Shown piece after piece: positions 19,769 to 29,388 of a stretch of DNA of 64,000 nucleotides. A program made the position numbers and the translations under genes. Every line of letters begins with the position of its first letter. The stretch's first letter is position 1. Under the pieces are notes generated by a model. The model was not told where the DNA came from. It saw only the letters and a program-made list of their open reading frames with translations, and ran no database searches. The stretch is from positions 6,875 to 70,874 of the forward strand of contig CBEUND010000001.1 of the NCBI GenBank assembly GCA_965544395.1, written 5' to 3'. The stretch comes from an uncultured bacterium. Its GTDB lineage: Bacteria > Campylobacterota > Campylobacteria > Campylobacterales > Sulfurovaceae.

Positions 19769-20665
19769 ATGATGAATAACCCAATAACAGGTGCCACTAC
19801 GGCACTGATCACACCCTTTAAAAATGGTACACTAGATGAAGCAACTTTTGCTACTCTCATAAGAAGACAGATCAACAACGGCATCTCTGCTGTATGCCCA
19901 GTAGGCACAACAGGAGAGAGTGCGACACTCAGTCACGATGAACACAAAAGATGCATAGAGATAGCGGTAGAAGTTTGCAAAGGCACAGCGACCAAAGTCT
20001 TGGCAGGAGCAGGAAGTAACGCAACCCATGAAGCGATAGATATCGCTAAACATGCACAATCTTGTGGCGTAGATGCGATATTTTCTGTCAGCCCATACTA
20101 TAACAAACCGAGCCAAGAGGGTCTCTATCAACACTACAAAGCGATAGCGTCAGCAGTAGAGATACCATTTATGCTCTACAATGTACCAGGGCGAACGGGT
20201 GTAGATATATTGGCAAAGACAGTCTGTAGGCTCTATGATGATGTGCCAAATATCGTCGGTATCAAAGAGGCAACAGGATCTATAGAGCGGACAGTACAGC
20301 TTCTCTCTATGAGACCTGAACTCTCTCTCTTTTCTGGAGATGATGCAATAGATTATCCTATACTTGCCAATGGAGGCAAGGGTATCACCTCTGTGACATC
20401 AAACCTCTTACCTGATCTCAAAAGCCAGCTTGTAGATAGTGCATTGCAAGGTGATTTCAAAAGATCCAAACAGATAAACGATAGCTTGTACCCTATCAAT
20501 AAAGTGATGTTTTGTGAGAGCAACCCTATCCCTATCAAAGCAGCGATGTATATAGCAGGACTCACACCCACACTAGAGTATCGTCTCCCACTCGTAGCAC
20601 CGAGCAGTAGCAACATGAAAAAGATAGAAGAGGCGATACAAAATTATAAGATAGTAGGAGCATAA
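19769..20665 (+). CDS. dapA: 4-hydroxy-tetrahydrodipicolinate synthase
   Basis: ALITPF, GTTGES, YNVPGRTG and IVGIKEATG motifs. Confidence 0.96.
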   Translation: MMNNPITGATTALITPFKNGTLDEATFATLIRRQINNGISAVCPVGTTGESATLSHDEHKRCIEIAVEVCKGTATKVLAGAGSNATHEAIDIAKHAQSCGVDAIFSVSPYYNKPSQEGLYQHYKAIASAVEIPFMLYNVPGRTGVDILAKTVCRLYDDVPNIVGIKEATGSIERTVQLLSMRPELSLFSGDDAIDYPILANGGKGITSVTSNLLPDLKSQLVDSALQGDFKRSKQINDSLYPINKVMFCESNPIPIKAAMYIAGLTPTLEYRLPLVAPSSSNMKKIEEAIQNYKIVGA

Positions 20666-21444
20666 TGATGTCAGAGATGAAAGGCAAAGTAGTCGTAGTC
20701 ACAGGAGCAACTAGAGGTATAGGCAAAGCGATAGCTCAGAAGTTTGCAAGTGAGGGTGTCAATGTAGCGTTTACTTATAACAGTAACGAAGAGATAGCCA
20801 ATGAGATAGCGAGCAATTTTCAAGAGCAGTATGGTATCAAAGCCAAAGCTTATCGGCTCAATATCCTAGAGCCTGATGAGTTCAAGCCACTCTTTAAGGC
20901 GATAGATGAAGATTTCGATAGAGTAGATTTCTTTGTCTCCAATGCTATGATATATGGTCGCCCTGTTGTGGGTGGTTATGGGAAGTTTATGCGTCTCAAA
21001 CCACGAGGACTCAACAACATTTACACAGCAACCGTCAATGCCTTCGTCGTAGGGAGTCAAGAGGCTGCCAAGCGGATGGAAAAAGTAGGTGGTGGAGCTA
21101 TCGTCACTATGTCAAGTACAGGCAATCTCATCTATATAGACAACTATGCAGGACATGGCACAAACAAAGCAGCAGTAGAAGCCATGAGCCGTTATGCAGC
21201 AGTAGAGCTAGGAGAGATGGGTATCCGTGTCAACGCAGTATCAGGTGGCCCTATAGATACAGATGCTCTCAAAGCCTTCACTAACTACGAAGAGGTCAAA
21301 GCAGAGACTATCAAACGATCCGCAGTCAACAGGATGGGAAGCCCAGAAGATATAGCAGGCTCTGTCTACTTCCTCTGCACCCCTGAAGCGAGTTGGATCA
21401 CAGGACAGACACTGGTCGTAGACGGTGGGACAACTTTTAGATAA
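20665..21444 (+). CDS. SDR-family oxidoreductase (FabG/FabL-like)
   Basis: TGATRGIGKAIA cofactor motif and YxxxK (YAGHGTNKAA). Start codon overlaps the dapA stop. Confidence 0.85.
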   Translation: MMSEMKGKVVVVTGATRGIGKAIAQKFASEGVNVAFTYNSNEEIANEIASNFQEQYGIKAKAYRLNILEPDEFKPLFKAIDEDFDRVDFFVSNAMIYGRPVVGGYGKFMRLKPRGLNNIYTATVNAFVVGSQEAAKRMEKVGGGAIVTMSSTGNLIYIDNYAGHGTNKAAVEAMSRYAAVELGEMGIRVNAVSGGPIDTDALKAFTNYEEVKAETIKRSAVNRMGSPEDIAGSVYFLCTPEASWITGQTLVVDGGTTFR

Positions 21445-21469
21445 GTAGTAGAGGGTGGATTATATTCAC

Positions 21470-21485
21470 CCTAGGCTGTCGAAAA
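21470..21485. repeat. Copy of the dispersed intergenic motif CCTAGGCTGTCGAAAA
   Basis: The identical 16-mer recurs, reverse-complemented, at 34670-34685. Both copies lie just downstream of a gene's 3' end. Confidence 0.6.
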
Positions 21486-21595
21486 AGCACTCTCTATACT
21501 GCTTTAAATTTTCTGTTTTATGAATATCATTGTAATGCTACAGATAGGTAGGGTGGGAGTATTTTTATCCAACAATCTACACAAAAGGTCACACT

Positions 21596-22156
21596 ATGCA
21601 AAAATCCAAAATCGTTAATATCCCCAATATACTAGCATTTATCCGTCTGCTTCTCGCTCCATTGATGTTTTTTCTCCTTGTGGGTAGAGATAATGGACTC
21701 TTCGAGGGGATACACTACTCATGGTTAGACTATGCAGCCGCATTTCTCTTTGTGCTTGCGAGTGCTACGGACTTCTTTGATGGTTATATCGCGAGGAGAT
21801 TTGACCAGATCACTATGCTCGGCAAGATACTCGACCCTCTAGCGGACAAGATGCTCACACTCGCTGGATTTTTGGGGCTAATGATGCTCGATAGAGCAGA
21901 TGCTTGGGCGATCTATCTTATTATTACCAGAGAGCTTTTTATCACAGGTTTGCGTGTCTCAGCAGTAGACCAAGGCATAGACATAGCCGCTTCATGGATG
22001 GGCAAAGTCAAAACAGTAGTGCAGATGATCGCTATAGGGTTCTTGCTCATGGAGTGGCAAGGTGGAGAGATACTTTTATGGATAGCAGTGGGATTAACAC
22101 TCTACTCAGGCTATGAGTATGTGAGAGAATTCTTCTGTAAGGTTTCGGTAGAGTAG
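21596..22156 (+). CDS. pgsA: CDP-diacylglycerol--glycerol-3-phosphate 3-phosphatidyltransferase
   Basis: CDP-alcohol phosphatidyltransferase motif DGYIARRFDQITMLGKILDPLADK; 186-aa polytopic protein. Confidence 0.9.
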   Translation: MQKSKIVNIPNILAFIRLLLAPLMFFLLVGRDNGLFEGIHYSWLDYAAAFLFVLASATDFFDGYIARRFDQITMLGKILDPLADKMLTLAGFLGLMMLDRADAWAIYLIITRELFITGLRVSAVDQGIDIAASWMGKVKTVVQMIAIGFLLMEWQGGEILLWIAVGLTLYSGYEYVREFFCKVSVE

Positions 22157-22359
22157 GAAACTTTCCAAACAACTCTACCCATCTCTAAAATCTAATCTTC
22201 AAATATTAAAAAAAAGAGAAGTTGATAACAAAAGTATAACAGAATATTCCAAAAGTGTACTATTTAATATAATTGCTTAAAATTTAAACTTATTTACAGG
22301 ATAAACACTAAAAAAAAGTAGTATTATTACAGGTATATTACATAAATGAAGGATTAAAC

Positions 22360-23355
22360 ATGGCATTAAAAGTAGCGATCAACGGAACTGGTAGAATAGG
22401 TATGATAGTAGCGAAAATAATCATGGGTAGAGATGATATAGAGCTAGTAGCACTCAATACAACTTCAAAACCTGATATGCTGGAGTATCTCTTCAAGTAT
22501 GATAGTGTACATACAGGTATAGATGCGAAAGTGATAGATGATAGCACGATTGAGCTCAATGGAACTGCTGTAGCGATGTTCTCAGATAGAGACCCTGCAA
22601 ATATCGACTTCTCTTCAGTAGGAGCTGAGTTGGTCATTGAATGTACAGGTGTATTCTTGACAACAGAGCTTGCACAGAAGTATATCAAAGGCAGTGTCAA
22701 AAAAGTAGTCATGTCAGCACCAGCCAAAGATGATACACCTACATTTGTATACAATATCAATACAGATGCATATGCAGGTGAAGCGATCATCTCAAATGCA
22801 AGCTGTACTACCAACTGTCTTGCACCACTCTGTAAAGTACTTGATGATGCGTATGGTATCGAAAATGGTCTCATGACAACTATACATTCCTATACAAACG
22901 ATCAAAATGTTCTTGATGTCAAACACAAAAAAGACAAAAGAAGAGCAAGAGCAGCAGCAGTCAACATGATCCCTACGACTACAGGTGCAGCCAAAGCGAT
23001 TGCACTTGTAATGCCACAACTCAAAGGCAAACTCAATGGCTATGCTATGCGTGTACCTACTCCAGATGTATCTGTAGTTGACTTGACCCTCAATCTCAAA
23101 AAAGATACTACCAAAGAGGAGATCAATGCACTCTTTGAGAAAGCTTCAGAAGGGAACTTCGCAGGATTAATCGAAATAGACAATGATAAAAGAGTATCAA
23201 GTGATTTTATAGGCTCTACATATAGCTCTACATTTGTACCAGATATGACAAATGTTGTAGATGGTAATACAGTCAAAGTATTGGCTTGGTATGATAATGA
23301 GTGGGGATATAGTAGCAGACTTGTTGATATGTGTGTATTTGTTGGGAATAAATAA
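22360..23355 (+). CDS. gap: Glyceraldehyde-3-phosphate dehydrogenase
   Basis: INGTGRIG Rossmann motif, active site SNASCTTNCLAP, WYDNEWGYS. Confidence 0.96.
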   Translation: MALKVAINGTGRIGMIVAKIIMGRDDIELVALNTTSKPDMLEYLFKYDSVHTGIDAKVIDDSTIELNGTAVAMFSDRDPANIDFSSVGAELVIECTGVFLTTELAQKYIKGSVKKVVMSAPAKDDTPTFVYNINTDAYAGEAIISNASCTTNCLAPLCKVLDDAYGIENGLMTTIHSYTNDQNVLDVKHKKDKRRARAAAVNMIPTTTGAAKAIALVMPQLKGKLNGYAMRVPTPDVSVVDLTLNLKKDTTKEEINALFEKASEGNFAGLIEIDNDKRVSSDFIGSTYSSTFVPDMTNVVDGNTVKVLAWYDNEWGYSSRLVDMCVFVGNK

Positions 23356-24593
23356 TGCTCTCATTTAATAAACACTATACAGTTGACCAATCTGCTGTGT
23401 CACAATTGATGAGCGATGCTTTTGCAAGTGTCAAAGAGGAGATGGATAGTGGCAAAATAGGATACTATAAGCTTCCAACCCACTCTTTGGCTCATCTTGA
23501 ACGACTCAAGAGTATAGAGACGGGTAGTTTTGAGCAGATAGTAGTCATCGGTATCGGTGGCTCATCTCTAGGTATCAAAGCGATAGATGCTATCTTGCGT
23601 CCCTATACTCCCAATGCCAAAGAGATACTCTTTTTAGAAAACTCTGACCCTCTTACTATCTCTGAGACTATAGCGAAGATAGACAAAAGCAGAGCATGTT
23701 TCTTTATGATATCCAAATCAGGCTCGACTATAGAGACTACTTCAGTACTCAAGAGAGTTATTGCAAGTTTTGATATAGATCTTGATGGTGCAGATAACCA
23801 TAGAGTCTATGCTATTACAGATGCTGGCTCTGTGCTTTCAGATTTTGCACAGCACCACAAACTCACTGAGTTTACTATCCCTGATAATGTCGGAGGGAGA
23901 TTTTCTGTACTCTCTGCTGTAGGTGTCGTGCCATTAGCGATAGCTGGGTATGATATGGAGACTCTTTTGGGAGGTGCAGGGAGCTTTATAGAGAGCTTTT
24001 TTGCTCATGAGCAGGATCATCTCCTCGAAAAGGCAGCTTTCTATGCACTCAATAGCAAAGAGCAGCGTATCAATGTACTCTTCTCTTATGCAGATAGACT
24101 CCAAGAGCTTACTAAGTGGTATGTACAGCTCTGGGGTGAATCACTCGGCAAGATAGATGCAGATGGCAAGAGAGTAGGATTGACTCCTATCGGTCTCATT
24201 GGTGCAGTCGATCAACACTCATTTTTACAACTTATCATAGAGGGACCAAAAGATAAAACTTTGACATTTATCTCTATAGAAGATTTCCAAAATGATTTGA
24301 CTATCCCTGATGTGACACTCACTGGTATAGAGAAGACTAACTTCATCAATAACCAAAGCTTCAATAGACTCATCAATGCACAGTGCGAAGCGACGATGCA
24401 GAGTGTCATAGAGTCTGGTGTGGCTGCTGACTCTATCACATTTGATACAATAACTCCTGAAAATATAGGAGCTATCATAGCATACTATGAACTACTCACT
24501 TCACTTGTGGGGAGTATGCTCAGAGTCTCTACTTATGACCAACCTGGTGTAGAGCTAGGCAAACAGATACTCTACAAAAATTTACAAAAATAA
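23355..24593 (+). CDS. pgi: Glucose-6-phosphate isomerase (short form)
   Basis: IGIGGSSLG and SKSGSTIET SIS-domain motifs. ATG overlaps the gap stop (TAATG). Confidence 0.85.
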   Translation: MLSFNKHYTVDQSAVSQLMSDAFASVKEEMDSGKIGYYKLPTHSLAHLERLKSIETGSFEQIVVIGIGGSSLGIKAIDAILRPYTPNAKEILFLENSDPLTISETIAKIDKSRACFFMISKSGSTIETTSVLKRVIASFDIDLDGADNHRVYAITDAGSVLSDFAQHHKLTEFTIPDNVGGRFSVLSAVGVVPLAIAGYDMETLLGGAGSFIESFFAHEQDHLLEKAAFYALNSKEQRINVLFSYADRLQELTKWYVQLWGESLGKIDADGKRVGLTPIGLIGAVDQHSFLQLIIEGPKDKTLTFISIEDFQNDLTIPDVTLTGIEKTNFINNQSFNRLINAQCEATMQSVIESGVAADSITFDTITPENIGAIIAYYELLTSLVGSMLRVSTYDQPGVELGKQILYKNLQK

Positions 24594-24605
24594 TCAAGGA
24601 ACTCT

Positions 24606-26252
24606 ATGAAATTGCACAGTTATGATATCGACAAACGATACAGTAAAAGCGTAGCCTACTTCTCTATGGAGTTTGCTATAGATCAAGCACTCAAGATATA
24701 TTCAGGTGGATTGGGCTTTTTAGCTGGTTCACATATGAGAAGTGTCTATGATCTCAAACAAAATGTAGTAGGTATCGGGATGTTGTGGAGTTTTGGATAT
24801 TATGACCAAACACGAAACGAAAATAGAAGCCTTAGACCAGCATATACAAGAAAGTTTTACTACTTTCTCCAAGAGTTAGATGTGCATGTCACTGTCAATA
24901 TCGATGGTCAAGATGTTTGCGTCAAAGCTTTCTACCTCGCTCCTGATACTTTCGGTACAGCTCCTATGATACTGCTCTCTACAGATACAGCGGAAAATGA
25001 CTATCTTGCGAGAACTATCACACACAAGCTCTATGATGGCAACGAACGAACGAGAATTGCTCAAGAGATTGTACTCGGTATCGGTGGTACGAGAGTATTA
25101 GAGGCACTTAATCATCAAGTAGATATCTACCATATGAATGAGGGGCATGCCCTCCCACTCGTCTATGATCTCTATGGCAAACACTACCAAGATATAGATG
25201 AACTTCGCAAACATGTAGTATTTACGACACATACACCAGAAGCTGCTGGTAATGAGATACACAATATTCACTTCCTCCATGAGATGGGCTTTTTCAATGG
25301 TCACTCACTAGAGACTATCAGAGAGATCAGTGGGTATGAGCATGATGATAATTTCAGTCTTACTGTAGGAGCATTACGATCTGCTAAAATAGCCAATGCT
25401 GTATCCAAAATCCATGGAGATGTCTCCAACGATATGTGGAGAGGCGTAGATAATAGATGTGAAATCATCTCTATTACCAATGCACAAAACAAAAAATATT
25501 GGACAGACAAAACCCTTATAAGAGCACTCGATGAGCATGAAGATTATGAACTCCTTGCTAGAAAAAAACACCTCAAAAAGATACTCTTTGATACAGTGGC
25601 AGATCAAACAGGTAAAATGTTTGATCCTGAAGTGTTGACTATCGTGTGGGCAAGAAGGTTTGCAGAGTATAAGAGACCAGGATTGCTCAAGTATGATTTT
25701 GAGAGATTTCATAAATTGATTCAAAATAGTGATATGCCTATACAGATCATCTGGGCTGGGAAACCATACCCTACAGACCATGGTGCAATTGAGATATTTA
25801 ACGAATTGATACAGATCAGTCATCACTACAAAAATATCGCCGTATTGATAGGCTACGAACTCTCACTCTCAAAACTCCTCAAGCAAGGGAGTGATGTTTG
25901 GCTCAATACACCTCGTATCACAAGAGAAGCGAGCGGTACGAGCGGTATGACAGCGAGTATGAATGGCTCTATCCACTTCTCTATAGATGATGGATGGCAT
26001 CCAGAGTTCGCAAAAGATGGTAAAAATGCCTTTACAATACCAGCACTCGACCATACACTCCCTACTGATGAGCAAGATAGACTAGACAATCTCCATATGA
26101 TGGATATCTTAGAAAACGAGATACGCCCACTCTATTATGGTGACAGTGATCAATGGGTTACAATTATGAAAAATGCTATGTCTGATATAGAGATAGATTT
26201 CGACTCTGCTAGAATGGCTACAGAGTATTATGAAAAAATGTTTACAAAATAA
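24606..26252 (+). CDS. glgP: Alpha-glucan (glycogen/maltodextrin) phosphorylase family protein, GT35, short form
   Basis: YFSMEFAI, FTTHTPEAAGNE and WARRFAEYKRP...EASGTSGMTASMNG motifs. The Lys of the usual ..GMK.. motif reads Thr here. Confidence 0.8.
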   Translation: MKLHSYDIDKRYSKSVAYFSMEFAIDQALKIYSGGLGFLAGSHMRSVYDLKQNVVGIGMLWSFGYYDQTRNENRSLRPAYTRKFYYFLQELDVHVTVNIDGQDVCVKAFYLAPDTFGTAPMILLSTDTAENDYLARTITHKLYDGNERTRIAQEIVLGIGGTRVLEALNHQVDIYHMNEGHALPLVYDLYGKHYQDIDELRKHVVFTTHTPEAAGNEIHNIHFLHEMGFFNGHSLETIREISGYEHDDNFSLTVGALRSAKIANAVSKIHGDVSNDMWRGVDNRCEIISITNAQNKKYWTDKTLIRALDEHEDYELLARKKHLKKILFDTVADQTGKMFDPEVLTIVWARRFAEYKRPGLLKYDFERFHKLIQNSDMPIQIIWAGKPYPTDHGAIEIFNELIQISHHYKNIAVLIGYELSLSKLLKQGSDVWLNTPRITREASGTSGMTASMNGSIHFSIDDGWHPEFAKDGKNAFTIPALDHTLPTDEQDRLDNLHMMDILENEIRPLYYGDSDQWVTIMKNAMSDIEIDFDSARMATEYYEKMFTK

Positions 26253-26264
26253 GGTATTATAATT

Positions 26265-27485
26265 ATGACTTCTAATCTAACAACTATGCAGGGTGTCAAA
26301 ACCCTCAAAGATATTGATATAGAGGGCAAGAGGGTTTTGATCCGTGTAGACTTCAATGTCCCTGTCGACTCACACAACAATATATCAGATGATCGCCGTA
26401 TCCGTACAGCTTTGCCAACCATCAACTACTGTATTGACCACAACGCTTGCTCTATCACACTCGTGACACACTTCGGACGACCAAAGGGGAGTTATGATGA
26501 GAAGTATAGTCTCAAACATATTGTCAAGAGAGTAGAGAGATTGCTTCATAAAAAAGTAGAGTTTATCGAGGATTTTGAAGAGTCCAGAGATGAGATATCT
26601 ACTTGTTCATTAGAGCGAGTATTTCTACTAGAAAATATCCGTTTTCACGAGGGTGAAAAGAAAAATGATGCTGAACTCTCCAAACGATTAGCCTCCATCT
26701 GTGATGTCTATGTCAATGATGCTTTTGGTACTTCGCATCGTAAACATGCCTCTACTTACGGTGTGGCACAGTTTGTCGAGACTAAAGTAGCTGGTTTCTT
26801 GATGTCCAAAGAGATAGATGCCTTCTCCAAGGCTCTCGAAGTACCAGTACGACCCATAGCACTTGTAGTGGGTGGAGCCAAGATCTCTACGAAGATTACA
26901 CTGCTCAAGGCTGTTATGAAGAAAGTGGATAAACTTATCATCGGTGGGGCTATGAGTAATACCTTTCTCCAAGCCCAAGGCTACGATATGCAAAAATCCC
27001 TCTACGAAGAGGAGTATCTCGACACCGCACTCAATGTACTCAAAGAAGCAAGAGAGAATGGTGTCAAAGTCTATCTCCCTTTAGATCTTGTCACTACTGA
27101 CTCCATAGAGTCACCTGTAGATGTCAAGATCGTACCTGCACAAGATGTGTTGGAGAATTTCCAAGCTGTCGATATAGGACCAGCTACAGTCAAACTCTTT
27201 AGCGAAGCGATAGGACTCTCCAATACTATTATATGGAATGGTCCTATGGGTATCTATGAGATAGACAAATTCTCGAAAGGTACCTTCAAGATGGCTACCA
27301 CTATAGCAGACACTTATGCTTACACTATCGTAGGTGGTGGTGATACTGCTGACGCTGTAGACAAAGCAGGGGAGGCTACAAACTTCAGCTTCATCTCTAC
27401 AGGTGGTGGTGCGAGTCTTGAGCTACTAGAGGGCAAGATATTGCCAGGGTTTGAACTATTAGATAGAAAGAGCGAGGAGAAGTAA
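26265..27485 (+). CDS. pgk: Phosphoglycerate kinase
   Basis: RVDFNVP, HFGRPKG, NDAFGTSHR and STGGGASLE motifs. Confidence 0.97.
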   Translation: MTSNLTTMQGVKTLKDIDIEGKRVLIRVDFNVPVDSHNNISDDRRIRTALPTINYCIDHNACSITLVTHFGRPKGSYDEKYSLKHIVKRVERLLHKKVEFIEDFEESRDEISTCSLERVFLLENIRFHEGEKKNDAELSKRLASICDVYVNDAFGTSHRKHASTYGVAQFVETKVAGFLMSKEIDAFSKALEVPVRPIALVVGGAKISTKITLLKAVMKKVDKLIIGGAMSNTFLQAQGYDMQKSLYEEEYLDTALNVLKEARENGVKVYLPLDLVTTDSIESPVDVKIVPAQDVLENFQAVDIGPATVKLFSEAIGLSNTIIWNGPMGIYEIDKFSKGTFKMATTIADTYAYTIVGGGDTADAVDKAGEATNFSFISTGGGASLELLEGKILPGFELLDRKSEEK

Positions 27486-28444
27486 TGGCACTCGCTATCA
27501 TGTCCTCTGGTGGTGATGCACCAGGTATGAATCCTGCCATCAAAAAGTTTGTAGACTATGCCTACAAAAAAGGAGAGAAGACTTTTCTCATATATGATGG
27601 TTTGGAGGGTTTGATAGATAACCGTATCAAGGAAGCTCACCATCGTCATGTGGCAGGTATCCTCCATAGAGGAGGGGCAATCATCCGCTCTTCACGATCC
27701 AAACGATTTTTTGAGTATGAGCATAGAAAACAAGCGTATGAGAACCTCAAGGCACACGGTATCACAGGATTAGTCGTTCTCGGTGGTGATGGCTCTTTTC
27801 GTGCGATGGATCGTTTCAGTAGAGAATTTGATCTCAATTTTGTAGGGATACCCTCTACAATAGATAATGATATTCATGGTACAGAGTATTGTCTCGGTGC
27901 TGATACAGCACTTAATGTCATCCGTGATGCACTTGACAAGATACGAGACACAGCCTCTTCATTCAACCGTGCCTTTCTTGTGGAGGTAATGGGGCGTGAT
28001 TGTGGTTTTTTGGCTATAGTCTCTGCGATGATTAGCGGTGCAGAGGTGTGTGTCATACCCGAGGTAGAGTTTGATTATGAGAAGGTAGGCAAGAGACTGC
28101 GTGCTGAGGTAGAAGATGGACGCAATTATGCTCTCGCTATCGTAGCAGAGGGAACCAAGCAGACGAGCCAAGTGCATAAGTGGCTCCAAGAGACTATAGG
28201 GTTGGAGACGCGAGTGAGTATATTGGGACATATCCAAAGGGGCGGTAACCCTACAGTATATGATAGATTGATGGCATTTGACTTCACTATCACTGCTGTC
28301 GATCATCTTCTCTCACATAACAACTCAAACAAAGTAGTAGTCTATCAAAAGAGCGAATTTAAACTTATAGATATCAAAGAGGTAGTAGGGCATAAGTATC
28401 AACTGCCCCAGCACTATCTTGATGCGGTTAACTTGTTAGATTGA
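27485..28444 (+). CDS. pfkA: ATP-dependent 6-phosphofructokinase
   Basis: SGGDAPGMN, LGGDGS, PSTIDND, MGRDCG and GHIQRGG motifs. ATG overlaps the pgk stop. Confidence 0.93.
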   Translation: MALAIMSSGGDAPGMNPAIKKFVDYAYKKGEKTFLIYDGLEGLIDNRIKEAHHRHVAGILHRGGAIIRSSRSKRFFEYEHRKQAYENLKAHGITGLVVLGGDGSFRAMDRFSREFDLNFVGIPSTIDNDIHGTEYCLGADTALNVIRDALDKIRDTASSFNRAFLVEVMGRDCGFLAIVSAMISGAEVCVIPEVEFDYEKVGKRLRAEVEDGRNYALAIVAEGTKQTSQVHKWLQETIGLETRVSILGHIQRGGNPTVYDRLMAFDFTITAVDHLLSHNNSNKVVVYQKSEFKLIDIKEVVGHKYQLPQHYLDAVNLLD

Positions 28445-28465
28445 TAAAACAAAGGAGTTTATAAT

Positions 28466-28744
28466 ATGGTAAAGATAACAAAAAGAGGCAAAAAGGCTTG
28501 GGTGACATTTACTCTCGCTCCAGAAGGCGTGCAGAGTGCGATGCTTTCAGGTGCTTGGAATGATTGGCACAAAGAGCCTATGAAGATCAAAAAGAGTGGA
28601 GAGTTTTACTTGACCAAAGTTTTGGCTACAGGTGACTCATATGAGTTTGGTTATGTTGTTAATGACAAAGAGTGGAGATGTGATGATGATTTAAGCTGTG
28701 TGATCTCTCCATATGGGTCAGACAATTCACTATTGGTGCTTTGA
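28466..28744 (+). CDS. Stand-alone CBM48/AMPK-beta-like glycogen-binding module (92 aa)
   Basis: VTFTL...SGAWNDWHKEPMKIKKSGEFYLTKVLATGDSYEFGYVVNDKEWRCDDD...GSDNSLLVL matches the E-set/CBM48 pattern. AAAGGAG Shine-Dalgarno. Last gene of the glycolytic operon. Confidence 0.7.
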   Translation: MVKITKRGKKAWVTFTLAPEGVQSAMLSGAWNDWHKEPMKIKKSGEFYLTKVLATGDSYEFGYVVNDKEWRCDDDLSCVISPYGSDNSLLVL

Positions 28745-28763
28745 TCAATAGTTCTCTCGTACT

Positions 28764-29381
28764 ATGAAAGGGTTTATACTCTCTCTCAATAGAGCTAAAA
28801 ATGAAGATATGGTAGTCACCATACTCTCAGCAGAGCATGTGCGTGCTTATTATAGATTTTTTGGTGCTAGGCACTCTATCTTACAGCTAGGTAACCTCAT
28901 AGACTTTGAAGTAGAAGGTGAACAAGATAGATTTATGCCAAGACTAAGGAGTGTAAGTCACTTAGGTTTTCCTTGGCTCTATGATAACAACCTCCTACTC
29001 ATGTGGCACAACTATATCAAACTCTATCAAAAACATCTCAAAGATACAGAAGATATAGAGAGTTTCTATTTTGATCTTCTTTTGGGTGCTGCACAGAAGT
29101 GGCATTTACAAAATCCAAAAAGAGTGATTTGTGAAGATTATCTCAAGATACTCTCTTATGAAGGAAGATTACATGATACACAGAGGTGTTATGTGTGTGA
29201 AGAGCCTATAGAGGAGGAAGTATCGCTCATGCGAGCTTTTATCCCTGCCCATGCACACTGTATCTATAGTGCTTCACTCAAGAGAGAGAAGCTCAATACT
29301 CTCTTTGGTACGGGAAAAAGTATCTATCTAGAAGATAATGAAGTAGAGTATCTACATAGTATAGTCATGCAAGGTTTTTAG
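28764..29381 (+). CDS. recO: DNA repair protein RecO (short epsilonproteobacterial form)
   Basis: N-terminal OB-fold-like ILSLNRAKNEDMVVTIL..YYRFFGARHS, and a C-terminal CxxC...HxHC zinc motif (CYVCEEP...AHAHC). Confidence 0.75.
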   Translation: MKGFILSLNRAKNEDMVVTILSAEHVRAYYRFFGARHSILQLGNLIDFEVEGEQDRFMPRLRSVSHLGFPWLYDNNLLLMWHNYIKLYQKHLKDTEDIESFYFDLLLGAAQKWHLQNPKRVICEDYLKILSYEGRLHDTQRCYVCEEPIEEEVSLMRAFIPAHAHCIYSASLKREKLNTLFGTGKSIYLEDNEVEYLHSIVMQGF

Positions 29382-29388
29382 TTGGCTT

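Noticed and set aside
22338-22874. 178-aa minus-strand ORF overlapping gap, plus the many 60-150-aa antisense ORFs within carB, secA, glgP, lolC and the helicase gene
   Set aside because: All lie inside genes with unambiguous motifs on the other strand. None has a recognisable motif or ribosome-binding site.
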